Assembly: GCA_026005055.1 (NCBI GenBank)
Contig: BPKI01000001.1
Coordinates: 1,939,290-2,003,289, forward strand
DNA length: 64,000 nucleotides
From: Lysobacterales bacterium
GTDB taxonomy: Bacteria; Pseudomonadota; Gammaproteobacteria; Xanthomonadales; BPKI01
Direction: 5' to 3'
The notes below the pieces were generated by a model. It saw nothing but the letters and a program-made list of their open reading frames with translations, searched no databases and was not told the origin of the DNA. The position numbers and the translations under genes were made by a program. Below are positions 22,126 through 31,452 of this stretch, in pieces. Positions within the stretch are counted from its first letter, which is position 1; each line of letters starts with the position of its first letter.

Positions 22126-25100
22126 TTGCCCATGAAGATCTTTCATGTCTTGCTCGTGTTGTTGCTCGGCTCGGGCATCGCGCGGGCTGCGGACGATACG
22201 CGGTGTACCGTCTCGTTCTCTTCCCTGCGCCACGACGTCTGCTCGGGCAAGATCGTTCCGGTTAGCCCGGCCATCGCCAGTCTCGCCAATCCGGCGGCCT
22301 TCTCCCACTCGAGATTGCGGCTGATCAAGTTCGCCGGCCCGATCACCCCCGAACAGCGCGAGCGCGTCGAACGACTGGGCGCAGAGATTCTCGGTTACGC
22401 GCCCTATTACGCCTACATCGTTCGCATGGATCGCAGCCGCGACGCTTCGGCACGGGCGATTTCGGGCGTGATCTGGGTCGGACCCTTCCTACCCGCCTTC
22501 AAGCTCGACCCGAACATCGCGCGTGATCTCGACGGCGCGCGCATCGCCGAGCAGGGCGGTGTGGATCGCATCGAGATCGGACTCCACCCCGGCGGAGGCG
22601 AAGCCGCACTGCGCAGCCAGCTCTTCTCGCTGCCCGGCATCGAGCATCAGTTCTCGGAGAACGCCGGCGATCACACCCGCATCGTCGCTCGTTTCGATCG
22701 CAGCCTTCTCGCGACGACCCTTCCGCAGATCGCTCAATTCGAAGACGTGGCTTACGTGGGCTATCGTTGGCCGAACGAGCTCTTCAACTCGCAGGCCGGC
22801 TGGTTGCACCAGGGCGGCAACCCGCCGCCGAATCCGACGCGTCCGATTTTCGCGCGCGGGATCTTCGGCTGTGGCGAGACCGTCGCGGCGCTCGACACGG
22901 GCCTGACCGTGTCCCACTGCTCGTTCAACGACACCTCGCAAAGCCCCGGGGTGTCGGTCTGCAACACGGGTGCGAGCTGCCCGGTCGGCACCCCCAACCC
23001 CGCTCATCGCAAAGTACCGATGTACTACGTCTGGTCGGGTGGATCCTCGCCGGTCGACAATCAGGGACACGGCACCCACGTGATGGGCTCGCTCGCCGGC
23101 AATAACCTCGGCACCGGCGCCGTGGATTGCGCCACCTACTCCACACCGGGCGGCAATACCGATCTCGACGGGACGGCGCCAGGTGCCAAGATCATCGCCC
23201 AGGAAGCCGGGAACTCGCTTCAGTATCTGAACAACCTCGGCGGCACGCTCTATCACGCGGCCAACACCGCCTTCCAGAACGGCGCGCGCATCCACAGCAA
23301 CTCCTGGGGCTCGAGTTGTCGGAACAGCTTCGGTGCCTGCATCAGCGGCTGCACAGTGGATTACCGCGCGACCAGCCGCGACGGCGATCAGGTGGTCTGG
23401 GACCATCCTGAGCTCGCCGTTTTCGTGGCCGCCGGCAACAGCGGCGGCGCCCCTGGTGATGCCGGCTGCGGACCGGGCGCCGACGTCGGCGCGCCGGGAA
23501 ATGCCAAGAACATCTTCTCGATCGGCAGCAATCTTCGCGGTACGTCCGGGGATAGCATGTCCGGCTTCTCCTCGCGCGGACCCACCCAGGATCGCCGAAC
23601 CAAGCCGGATCTGACCGCCCAGGGCAGCAGCATCGTCTCCGCGATGAACAATACGAGCTGCGGCACCCGCACGGCGAGCGGCACCTCGATGGCCACCCCC
23701 ACCGCGGCGGGCCTCGCCGCCTTGGTGCGCGAATACCTTCGCCGCGGTTTCTACCCCACCGGGCAAGACGGCATGGGGATCCCGATCACCAACCCCTCCT
23801 CGGCGCTGGTCAAGGCGATCCTGATCAACGGTGCTCACGCTATGACCGGCACCGGAAGCGGCGGACCCAACCCGGGCGATCCGCCGCCCAACACCAGCCA
23901 GGGCTGGGGCCGCATCCACCTCGACAATGCGCTCTATTTCCAGGGCGATTCCCGCAAGCTGTGGTTGGTGGACGAGACCACGGGGCTTCAGACGGGACAG
24001 GATCACACCTACACCCTCAACGTCGTCTCGAACAGCGAACCCTTCTCGGTCACGCTGGTGTGGCATGACTATCCCGCAGCGGTGAACGCGAATCCGACCC
24101 TGATCAACCAGCTCCGCCTCGAGGTCACCGCGCCGGATAGCTCGGTGTGGACTCAGAAGCTTCCCCCGACCGGCGGCCTCACCAATCCCAATCCCTTCCA
24201 AGCCACCACGAACACCGATTACGACAACCGCAACAACGTCCATCGGATCCGCTTCGCGACGCCATTGCTCGGCACCTATCTCATCCGCGTCGTCGGTGTG
24301 AACGTGGCGATGGGGGGATCGCCGCCGAAACAGCCCTACGCTTTGGCCGCCACCGGCGACATCGCGATCTCGAGCAGCCCGGACTTCTTCCTGTCGTCGG
24401 TACCGAACCAGGCGACCATCTGCGCGGGCGACTCGCCGAATTTCACGATCAATGCGCTCGGCGTCCTCGGCTGGTCGGATCAGGTCACGCTCTCTCACAG
24501 CGGCCTTCCCGCTCCGGCCACCGGTAGCTTCTCGAGCAACCCGGTGACGCCGAACAATCCGCCCGCGACCAGCACCTTCACGATCGCGAACACTTCCGGC
24601 GTCCCGACCGGAACCTATCCGATCACGATCACCGGTGCGAGCAATGGTCCCAATCACCCGGCAAGCACCAAGACGGCGACCATCCAACTCGGCGTCGTGG
24701 CGGGTACCGCCGCACCGGGGAGCCTCAATAGCCCACCCGATACGAGTGCGGTCAGCTCTCTGCGGCCGATCCTCTCCTGGTCCGCCTTCCCGACGGCCAC
24801 TGGCTACAGGGTGCAGATCGCGACCGACGCAGGCTTCAGCAACATCGTCGTCGATCAAGTGGTCAACGCCACGAGTTTCCAGCCGGCGAGCAATCTCGCA
24901 GCCAATACCACGCACTACTGGCGCGTCGCCGGGATCAACGCCTGCGGTCAGGGAAGCTTCACGGCGGCCTGGAGCTTCACCACGCCGAACATGATCTGCC
25001 GCAGCCCGAACCTCGCGATTCCCGACAACAACGCGAGCGGCGTGAGCGACACGCTCAACGTGCCAAGCGGCGGCATCCTGAGCGATCTCAACGTGCGGCT

Positions 25101-25476
25101 CAAGGTGACCCACACCTACATCGGCGATCTCCGTTTCACCCTGAGCAAGGGCAGTACTTCGGTCCAGCTCCTCAACCGCCCGATCAACGGCGGGGGCAAC
25201 TGCGCGGGGGACAACTTCGACGTGATCTTCGACGACCAGGCCAGCACCTCGGCGCAGAGCAGCTGCAGCAACGGAACGCCTGCCTACCCCGATGGCGCGC
25301 TGCTGATCCCAGCACAGGCTCTCTCCGCCTTCAACGGCCAGGGCCTCGCCGGCAACTGGGTCCTGACCGCGGCGGATCTTGCGAGTGTGGATACGGGTAC
25401 TGTCGATGAGTGGTGCCTGATTCCCACCGCCGCGCCGCCGATCAACATTTTTGCGGACGGTTTCGAGAGTCCCTGA
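22126..25476 (+). CDS. Secreted subtilisin-family (S8) serine protease with a C-terminal proprotein-convertase P-domain
   Basis: It has a signal peptide (MKIFHVLLVLLLGSGIARA). The catalytic triad motifs are ALDTGL (Asp), HGTHVMGSLAG (His) and SGTSMATPTAAGLAALV (Ser). The C-terminal P-domain pattern is IPDNNASGVSDTLNV...LNVRLKVTHTYIGDLRFTLSKGSTSVQLLNRP. Confidence 0.9.
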   Translation: MPMKIFHVLLVLLLGSGIARAADDTRCTVSFSSLRHDVCSGKIVPVSPAIASLANPAAFSHSRLRLIKFAGPITPEQRERVERLGAEILGYAPYYAYIVRMDRSRDASARAISGVIWVGPFLPAFKLDPNIARDLDGARIAEQGGVDRIEIGLHPGGGEAALRSQLFSLPGIEHQFSENAGDHTRIVARFDRSLLATTLPQIAQFEDVAYVGYRWPNELFNSQAGWLHQGGNPPPNPTRPIFARGIFGCGETVAALDTGLTVSHCSFNDTSQSPGVSVCNTGASCPVGTPNPAHRKVPMYYVWSGGSSPVDNQGHGTHVMGSLAGNNLGTGAVDCATYSTPGGNTDLDGTAPGAKIIAQEAGNSLQYLNNLGGTLYHAANTAFQNGARIHSNSWGSSCRNSFGACISGCTVDYRATSRDGDQVVWDHPELAVFVAAGNSGGAPGDAGCGPGADVGAPGNAKNIFSIGSNLRGTSGDSMSGFSSRGPTQDRRTKPDLTAQGSSIVSAMNNTSCGTRTASGTSMATPTAAGLAALVREYLRRGFYPTGQDGMGIPITNPSSALVKAILINGAHAMTGTGSGGPNPGDPPPNTSQGWGRIHLDNALYFQGDSRKLWLVDETTGLQTGQDHTYTLNVVSNSEPFSVTLVWHDYPAAVNANPTLINQLRLEVTAPDSSVWTQKLPPTGGLTNPNPFQATTNTDYDNRNNVHRIRFATPLLGTYLIRVVGVNVAMGGSPPKQPYALAATGDIAISSSPDFFLSSVPNQATICAGDSPNFTINALGVLGWSDQVTLSHSGLPAPATGSFSSNPVTPNNPPATSTFTIANTSGVPTGTYPITITGASNGPNHPASTKTATIQLGVVAGTAAPGSLNSPPDTSAVSSLRPILSWSAFPTATGYRVQIATDAGFSNIVVDQVVNATSFQPASNLAANTTHYWRVAGINACGQGSFTAAWSFTTPNMICRSPNLAIPDNNASGVSDTLNVPSGGILSDLNVRLKVTHTYIGDLRFTLSKGSTSVQLLNRPINGGGNCAGDNFDVIFDDQASTSAQSSCSNGTPAYPDGALLIPAQALSAFNGQGLAGNWVLTAADLASVDTGTVDEWCLIPTAAPPINIFADGFESP

Positions 25477-25507
25477 ACTCGAACGCTCACGCACGTCGAG
25501 GCTCACC

Positions 25508-25542
25508 GCGGCAGCCTGGTATTCCCCAGGCTGCCGCTTTTT
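25508..25542 (+). terminator. Rho-independent terminator after the S8 protease gene
   Basis: A perfect 12-bp stem (GCGGCAGCCTGG / CCAGGCTGCCGC) with a 6-nt loop, followed by TTTTT. Confidence 0.75.
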
Positions 25543-25614
25543 CTAGCGCGTTCCGCGCAGAATATCCGCGCAAGCTCGCCGCGGCCGGGGCTGATCGGCC
25601 ACCGCCCTTCCGCC

Positions 25615-26040
25615 ATGTCCTGGCTTCGCCGACCTTATTCGCCGCTCGAAGGCACCATCGTTTTCCCGCTGAGCGTCGCTGCGCTGACGGCCCCGATGCT
25701 CGCCGCAACGATCGCCGGCGCTCACGAACTCGCCACGGGAGCGACGGGCGAGCCCTTGGCACGGATCCTGCGCGCTTACCTCCTCTACCTGCTCCCCTTC
25801 AGCATCCAGTTCAGTCTGCTCCTTGGGGTTCCGCTCGCGCTCCTATGGGATCGCTGGCTCCTCGCCCCACGTCCGCTCTTCGTCCTTGCCGGTGCCTCGC
25901 TGGCTGCGGTTTTCGCTGCCTTCGTCGGGCTCGGAGGGGCGTGGTTTTTCGCCGCGCTCGCCGGTGCTGCCAATACCCTCGCCTATGTTCTCGCCCAGGA
26001 CTGGGACCGTTCGCATCGCGAGCGCACCTCCGCCCGCTAG
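25615..26040 (+). CDS. Hypothetical small membrane protein
   Basis: A 141-aa ORF with three or four hydrophobic helices and a plausible codon bias. I recognise no family. Confidence 0.45.
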   Translation: MSWLRRPYSPLEGTIVFPLSVAALTAPMLAATIAGAHELATGATGEPLARILRAYLLYLLPFSIQFSLLLGVPLALLWDRWLLAPRPLFVLAGASLAAVFAAFVGLGGAWFFAALAGAANTLAYVLAQDWDRSHRERTSAR

Positions 26041-26098
26041 CCGAGCTCCCTCAGCACGAGCGCTGCCAGGCGCGGCTCAGCCTGGCCGTCCCGCTGTC

Positions 26099-27583
26099 TC
26101 AAGGCGGGTTGAGAAAACCGAGATCGGGCCCGGGAATGGCCAGGATCGGCCCACTCATGTGGATGAGGTTGGGAAACATGAGATCGCGGTCGGCATCGCT
26201 CAGACCGAACCACTTGGCGAGCGTGGCGGCGTACTGATCGACCGAGAGCGTGGGGATGATCTGGCCCCACCCTGCATCGTCGGGGTTGTTCTGGGCAACG
26301 AGGCTCGGCATCCGGCCGTAAATCCTTCGTCCGCGCACGGCCCCGCCGAAGACGAAGTGGTGGCCTCCCCACCCGTGGTCCGTTCCGCTGGAGTTCACGG
26401 TCAGGGTTCGACCGAACTCGGAGGCCGTGAAAGTCGTGACCAGCTGCGCCAGCCCCAGGTTGTCCAGAACCTCCTGGAAGGCGCGCACCGCTTGGGAAAA
26501 CTGGCTCAACAGCGGCGGATGCTGATTCAGCTGATCGCCATGCGTGTCGAAGCCGCCGAGTCGGGCGTAGAAGAGTTGCCGCACCATCCCGAGCATGCTG
26601 CGCGCGCGAATCAGGCGCACGATCATCAACAGCTGGGCCGAGAGGCTGGGCAGGGTCGCGAGATTGTCGGGATTCCACGGCAAACTCGCGCGCTCCCAGA
26701 ACGGCCGGTACGCCGGATCGTTGCGCGGGAAAGCCTCGAGGGCCGCGAGCACCTGCTCGGAGGTGGCCATCGCTCGGCGCGTGAGATCGGCGTAGGCCCG
26801 CTCGAAGACATGGGCGTGCGGCAGATCGAGTAACGCACGAAAAGTGAGGCACCGACGACGCCGCCAATCGTTGGCCGGGCCGCAGTTCGGCTGACTGGTC
26901 GCTATCGCCGAAATCCGCTCGACCCCGTCCGGCGAGACGAAATAAGGCAACACCACCTCCCCCGCTTGAAACACGTTCTCCCCGGCGAGGGAGACATTCA
27001 TCGACAAAACCTGGTTGGGATTGGTCGCGTGGAAGATGTCGGCAAGCCGACCGCCCCAACCGAGGCGAGTACGGGTATCCGCACGCGGTGTCTGCCAGAC
27101 GACGGTTTGGTCGGAGTGAGAGAAGAGTTGCGGCGGCAGGGGGTGACCGCGCTGATTGTAGAGTTGTTTATTCGTCGGACGGACCAAGGGCCCCACGTTG
27201 GCGACGATCGCCGCTCGCCCCTGCTCGAAGAGCTCGGCGACACCGGAAAGATCGAGGTGCAGACCCCAGGTGCCCCCATTCAGCGGGCCGGAGATCGGGT
27301 TGATCGGGACGACTGAGCCCAACGGCACGGCGAGGAAGCTCCGCGTCTGCGCATACTGCGCATGGGTCGCCGGATCGCGCGGCAGCACGGTGTTGAAGGC
27401 ATCGTTACCGCCCTCGAGGAAGATGCACACGAGGGCGCGGTAGTCGGTGCCGAGCAGCGTGCGCTGGCCGGCGACGGCGTTCTGGGCGAGGAAGAGCTTT
27501 CCGAAGACGCTGCCGAAGGCGGCACTGCCGACCAGGCCGTGGAGCGCTTGACGCAAGAACTCGCGGCGATCGGAGCGTCGCAT
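26099..27583 (-). CDS. DUF1501 domain protein (sulfatase-like fold, Tat-exported)
   Basis: It has a twin-arginine signal (SDRREFLRQAL) and typical DUF1501 segments (FLEGGNDAFN, GGFDTHG, TDHGWGGHHFVFGG). It lies immediately downstream of a DUF1800 gene, which is the canonical pairing. Confidence 0.85.
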   Translation of the reverse strand: MRRSDRREFLRQALHGLVGSAAFGSVFGKLFLAQNAVAGQRTLLGTDYRALVCIFLEGGNDAFNTVLPRDPATHAQYAQTRSFLAVPLGSVVPINPISGPLNGGTWGLHLDLSGVAELFEQGRAAIVANVGPLVRPTNKQLYNQRGHPLPPQLFSHSDQTVVWQTPRADTRTRLGWGGRLADIFHATNPNQVLSMNVSLAGENVFQAGEVVLPYFVSPDGVERISAIATSQPNCGPANDWRRRRCLTFRALLDLPHAHVFERAYADLTRRAMATSEQVLAALEAFPRNDPAYRPFWERASLPWNPDNLATLPSLSAQLLMIVRLIRARSMLGMVRQLFYARLGGFDTHGDQLNQHPPLLSQFSQAVRAFQEVLDNLGLAQLVTTFTASEFGRTLTVNSSGTDHGWGGHHFVFGGAVRGRRIYGRMPSLVAQNNPDDAGWGQIIPTLSVDQYAATLAKWFGLSDADRDLMFPNLIHMSGPILAIPGPDLGFLNPP

Positions 27584-27584
27584 C

Positions 27585-29387
27585 TCACTTCTCCACGAGA
27601 TATTGCGGCGAACTCAGGATCAACCACAGCGCATCCTGGACGCGGCGGCGGCGCCAGTTTTCTTCGCCGCCTTGGTTCTGGACCGTCATGTCGCGCAGGT
27701 GCACAAGCAGAAGATCGAACATCGCAGGCGGCATTCGGCGGCTCATGAACAACAGGCTCAAGCGCTCCAAAAGCCGCTCGGGGTCATGAGCAATCGCCAT
27801 CTCCCGATTGAGATCGACTTGCAGCGGGTCCCAGGAGCCCAGCCCCGGATTGCCCCACCACGCCCAGGAGATCCGCCCCCAAGTGAAGTTGTGCATCCGG
27901 ATGATGTAGGGGTCGGTGGCGATCTGGAACTCGGGTGCGACCAAGCCCGACTGCGCGATCTCACCCGGTAGGGCGTAGTCGGGTAGGAAGAAGTTGAACA
28001 CCGTCGGCGAGCGCAGCACCGCCTGCGCCCCGTGGTATTCCGGCCAGCCCTCGCGAATCCGTCCGTCGCGCGAACGAGCATCGAGTGCCCGGAACATCTG
28101 GGTCATCCGCAGGAGCGGCTCGCGCAGCTTCCCGAAATGAGAAGGGGCGAGCTCGGGGCGTCGCGCCTCGGGATCCATCAAAATCGCCCGCACGACCGCC
28201 TTCAGATTGCCTCTAACGCCCTGACCATCATTGGCGAACACCGCCGCCACCCGCCCCACGTACGCCGGCGAGGGATTGCTCGTGGTGAAGCGCTGGATGA
28301 GTCGGCGGGCGATGAAGGGACCGACGTTCGGGTGGTGGAATACGTTATCGAGCGCGATCCCGAGATTGCCCCTCGCCGTTCCTCCCGGTCCGAGCACGCC
28401 TCCAGGAAGCGTCACACCCGGGTAGTTGAGCAGCTGCTTGCTGCCGGCGACGGCGTGATAGATGTCGCCGAAAGGCGTCCCTTCCCCCCACGGCTTCATC
28501 GGCGTACGCCAGCCCGGCTGCAAACGCCAGTCCTGCCCCTGCGGCCCGGCGGGACACCAGGTCCACGACCACCAGTTGAACTGCGGCGCGCCCTCGGGCG
28601 CGACCGGCGGTTCGCACGTCGAGTAATTCCAGCCGGTGAAAACATGCGCGAATCCGCGAATGGTTTCCTGCCCGTAGGTGGGGATGGGCTGAACGCCTGG
28701 CTGCGCAGGATTGCCGTCAACGAGGGTTCCGTCGGGATGCAGCCACCACAAGCCCACCGAGAACAGCTGCATGATCTCCCTCGCGAAGTTCTCGTCGGGG
28801 CGGATGTTCTGGGCGGGATCGGGCTTACGATTCTTGAACATCGAGAGGTAATGACCCATCGCCGGATGCAGGGTCACGACCTCGAGCAGCGTGCGGTAGT
28901 TGCCGAAGGCGTGCTGAACCAGTTGATCGTAGTAGTGCGCCAGCGTCGTGGGATTTCCTTCGAGCGCCCCGTTCTGATCGGAAACCACCAAGATTTGACT
29001 GAGCGCGAAGGCCATGCGCTGGCGCAGTTGATCTGGGCCCGTGAGCACGTTGCGCCACCAAATCTCCTGCCGCTTGTCCTGCCAGACCTGTTCCTGGCCC
29101 GCGAGGAGTAGCTGGTCGAGGAAGGGCAACTGAAGCGAGGGCGGCGCCGCGAACTGTTCGGAAAACCAGGCGTTATAGCCTTGGCGGTAAAGCGCCTCGA
29201 TGCTCGCCAAGGTGGGACCGAAGGTCGCTTGGGTGAGGAAACGCGCAGCCTCGGCCCGCGAATAGGGCCCTTCAGGCGCTTCGTCGAAGCCGCTTTCGAA
29301 GATCGTGCGGCTGGCATCGGCCGGCGGCGGCAACGCCGTCGCCATCACCCCTAGGAGCACCGCCGCCAAGGCGCGCCGAAGCGGCAT
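27585..29387 (-). CDS. DUF1800 domain protein
   Basis: It has a signal peptide and the characteristic RFLTQATFGP motif near the N-terminus. The next gene starts 1 nt after its stop. Confidence 0.85.
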   Translation of the reverse strand: MPLRRALAAVLLGVMATALPPPADASRTIFESGFDEAPEGPYSRAEAARFLTQATFGPTLASIEALYRQGYNAWFSEQFAAPPSLQLPFLDQLLLAGQEQVWQDKRQEIWWRNVLTGPDQLRQRMAFALSQILVVSDQNGALEGNPTTLAHYYDQLVQHAFGNYRTLLEVVTLHPAMGHYLSMFKNRKPDPAQNIRPDENFAREIMQLFSVGLWWLHPDGTLVDGNPAQPGVQPIPTYGQETIRGFAHVFTGWNYSTCEPPVAPEGAPQFNWWSWTWCPAGPQGQDWRLQPGWRTPMKPWGEGTPFGDIYHAVAGSKQLLNYPGVTLPGGVLGPGGTARGNLGIALDNVFHHPNVGPFIARRLIQRFTTSNPSPAYVGRVAAVFANDGQGVRGNLKAVVRAILMDPEARRPELAPSHFGKLREPLLRMTQMFRALDARSRDGRIREGWPEYHGAQAVLRSPTVFNFFLPDYALPGEIAQSGLVAPEFQIATDPYIIRMHNFTWGRISWAWWGNPGLGSWDPLQVDLNREMAIAHDPERLLERLSLLFMSRRMPPAMFDLLLVHLRDMTVQNQGGEENWRRRRVQDALWLILSSPQYLVEK

Positions 29388-29476
29388 CGAGAAGCCCGCG
29401 TTTGCAACTGTTTCAGGATCTCAGCGCAACGCGCAGTTGTCCAGAGGCAGGACGGACTTCACGGTCAAATCGCGAC

Positions 29477-30124
29477 TCATGCCTCGAAATCGTCCAGAAA
29501 AATGCCACGCTCCAGGATGAGCAGCGGTGTAAGTCCCTGCTGGTCGCGGCAACCGCCAGGGGGTTGAGGGCAATCCTGGATCAGAAAGGCGCGCAGCACC
29601 CCCACCTCCGTCGCACCGGGGAACCAGCGCCATTCGAGGAGCGACTGCATCTTGGGCAGCCCGTCCGTATGAGAGATCGCCCAAGTTGCACAGTTCGAGG
29701 AGCCGGGCATGTACTGCCAGCGTCCGTTGGCCGGCAGCTCGAACGTACCGGCCCCCTCGGTGGGACTCGACTTCGCCCACAGCAAAACGCCGCGCACGGC
29801 CTTGGTCGGATCGGGATGACGCAAGCGGATGGCGAGCGGACGACTCGGATAGAACACCAACCGCGATGCTTCGAGATACCAACCCGCGGGTGGCGGATCC
29901 GCGAGCGTGGGACTCATCTCCACGAGCGGCAGGCTGTGCACCTCGCAGATCGGCGAACCCGCCGAGAAGCCGTTCGCCGATCCTGCGACCAGGAGCAGCG
30001 ACGGGACGATACCGAGGCCACACCGCCGCAGCCGCTCTTCGCAGCGACTCTTCGGAGAGCCAGCACCCGCGCACGTCCCAGACTCCCTTCCCGCGATCGC
30101 CCGCCGCTGCCAGAATCGGATCAT
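29477..30124 (-). CDS. Hypothetical secreted protein
   Basis: The C-terminal 200 aa of the 317-aa track ORF look globular and carry a signal-like segment (GLGIVPSLLLVAGSANG). The upstream part of that ORF is low-complexity Pro/Ser/Arg and probably non-coding. The start is uncertain (30124 or 30160). Confidence 0.5.
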   Translation of the reverse strand: MIRFWQRRAIAGRESGTCAGAGSPKSRCEERLRRCGLGIVPSLLLVAGSANGFSAGSPICEVHSLPLVEMSPTLADPPPAGWYLEASRLVFYPSRPLAIRLRHPDPTKAVRGVLLWAKSSPTEGAGTFELPANGRWQYMPGSSNCATWAISHTDGLPKMQSLLEWRWFPGATEVGVLRAFLIQDCPQPPGGCRDQQGLTPLLILERGIFLDDFEA

Positions 30125-30533
30125 GCCCCGACGCCTGAGCCACGCATTCGCCATCATCATGCTCCTGTCCTCGGCTCCGAGGTCAAGCATCGGCGAGACG
30201 CATCCTGGGCTGCTGCTCGGGGATGGGCCGCCGCCGACCTCGCTCCGCAGGGAGGCGGGGACAGCCGGAGGCGAGACCGGACGCGCGGCGGAAGAACGAT
30301 CGATCGCACGTTGCTCCCGCGCGTTTCTCGAATGCGCCGGCCAGGGTCGTGCGGCGATGGACGTCTGTGTCGTGGGAATCCCGAGCTGCTCCGGGACGGT
30401 CGCCGAGCGGTGCTGTCCCGCCTCCTGCACGCGCCGTTATGCTGCGTTGCGGCGCGAGGGCCGTTCCCATCCCGAGGCCGTCCATGGCGCGCTCTTCCCC
30501 GAGCGAGGAAGAACCTGCGCCGCCACGCCTTGA
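30123..30533 (+). CDS. Possible small Cys-rich secreted protein; alternative reading of the 30.1-30.5 kb gap
   Basis: An internal ATG of the 29907 ORF gives 136 aa with a signal-like N-terminus (MPRRLSHAFAIIMLLSS) and a Cys-rich stretch (CSRAFLECAG...CVVGIPSCSG...CCPASC). Third-position GC is high. No family is recognised, and its start codon interlocks with the minus-strand start at 30124. Confidence 0.25.
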   Translation: MPRRLSHAFAIIMLLSSAPRSSIGETHPGLLLGDGPPPTSLRREAGTAGGETGRAAEERSIARCSRAFLECAGQGRAAMDVCVVGIPSCSGTVAERCCPASCTRRYAALRREGRSHPEAVHGALFPERGRTCAATP

Positions 30534-30541
30534 CGCGGGGT

Positions 30542-30874
30542 TCAGCCCGGTAGCGTGAAGGTCTCGAGCGAGAGGGCGAAGGCGCATTCCTCGTCGGGTC
30601 GCAGCGCACCGACGCCGATGACGCGGCGCGCCACCTCATGGCCCTCGCCGTTGCGCAGGGCGATGACCAACTGGTACTCCGCCCCCTTCGTCTCGCGCGG
30701 TTGGCGGAACCGCCCTTCGAATCGAAACACTTCCGCGCCGACCTGCTGACGGCCGGCAGCCTCGCTGTCGAAACGCAGATGATGCCGGCACTGTGGACAG
30801 ACGGCCAAGCTCGCGAGGATGACCGCTCCGCAGTGGGGACAATCCCGGGTGGTACCCGGACCACGCCCGTTCAT
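30542..30874 (-). CDS. Zinc-ribbon domain protein
   Basis: Starting at the internal ATG gives 110 aa beginning MNGRGPGTTRDCPHCGAVILASLAVCPQCRHHL (a CxxC...CxxC ribbon). Its ATG overlaps the bactofilin stop (ATGA). Confidence 0.6.
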   Translation of the reverse strand: MNGRGPGTTRDCPHCGAVILASLAVCPQCRHHLRFDSEAAGRQQVGAEVFRFEGRFRQPRETKGAEYQLVIALRNGEGHEVARRVIGVGALRPDEECAFALSLETFTLPG

Positions 30875-31380
30875 GGGCTGGCTTTCTTCTCCGCGGGCGG
30901 CGCGGACGTACTGCCGGGCGGCCCGGAAGCGGCCTTGGCGCTCTCGGCCTCGAAGCCGCATTCGACCTGTCCACGCAGCCGCGAACCCGCTGCGACGACC
31001 AGGGTCGTCGCCTTGATGTCCCCGATCACGCACGCCGAGCGGTTGAGCTCCACGCTCGACGCGTGGACGTTCCCTTGGATCTCGCCACCGACTTGAACCC
31101 GCTTGGCGCGAACGTTTCCGCCGAGCCAAGCTCCCGCCTCGACCGCGAGATCGCCCTTGACCTCCACCTCGCCTTTGAACCGTCCGGCCAGACGCACGTG
31201 GCCATCGCCGCTGATCTTTCCTTCGATGGTCAGACCCGCGGCGATCAGCGATTCGGCGCCTCCCTCGCCACCCCCGGTCGCGCGCAGAACCTCCCCGATG
31301 CCAGAGACAGGCACCGCCGTCTCGGATTTCGGCCGATCGGCCGGATTGGCTTTACCACCCGAGTCTTTCCACAAGGCCAT
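30871..31380 (-). CDS. Bactofilin (polymer-forming cytoskeletal protein, DUF583)
   Basis: It has the repetitive beta-helical core typical of bactofilins (IEGKISGDGHVRLAGRFKGEVEVKGDLAVEAGAWLGGNVRAKRVQVGGEIQGNVHASSVELNRSACVIGDIKATTLVV), flanked by disordered tails. Confidence 0.85.
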   Translation of the reverse strand: MALWKDSGGKANPADRPKSETAVPVSGIGEVLRATGGGEGGAESLIAAGLTIEGKISGDGHVRLAGRFKGEVEVKGDLAVEAGAWLGGNVRAKRVQVGGEIQGNVHASSVELNRSACVIGDIKATTLVVAAGSRLRGQVECGFEAESAKAASGPPGSTSAPPAEKKASP

Positions 31381-31452
31381 CGAGACCTCCCGACTGATTC
31401 TTCACCGCAGGAACGTCACCCGAACGGCGACTTCGACAAGAGTAGCACGGGC

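Noticed and set aside
22489-25506. A 1005-aa minus-strand ORF antisense to the S8 protease.
   Set aside because: It has no recognisable domains and an Arg/Gly/Ala-dominated composition. The plus strand carries a complete catalytic triad and a signal peptide.
26065-26086. A 7-bp hairpin (GCCAGGC-N8-GCCTGGC) between the convergent membrane-protein and DUF1501 genes, considered as a bidirectional terminator.
   Set aside because: The stem is short and there is no U-tract on either strand, so the support is insufficient.
29400-29450. A sigma-54-like TGGACA...TTGCG sequence on the minus strand upstream of the DUF1800 gene.
   Set aside because: The spacing between the GG and GC elements is about 3 nt too long for a -24/-12 promoter.
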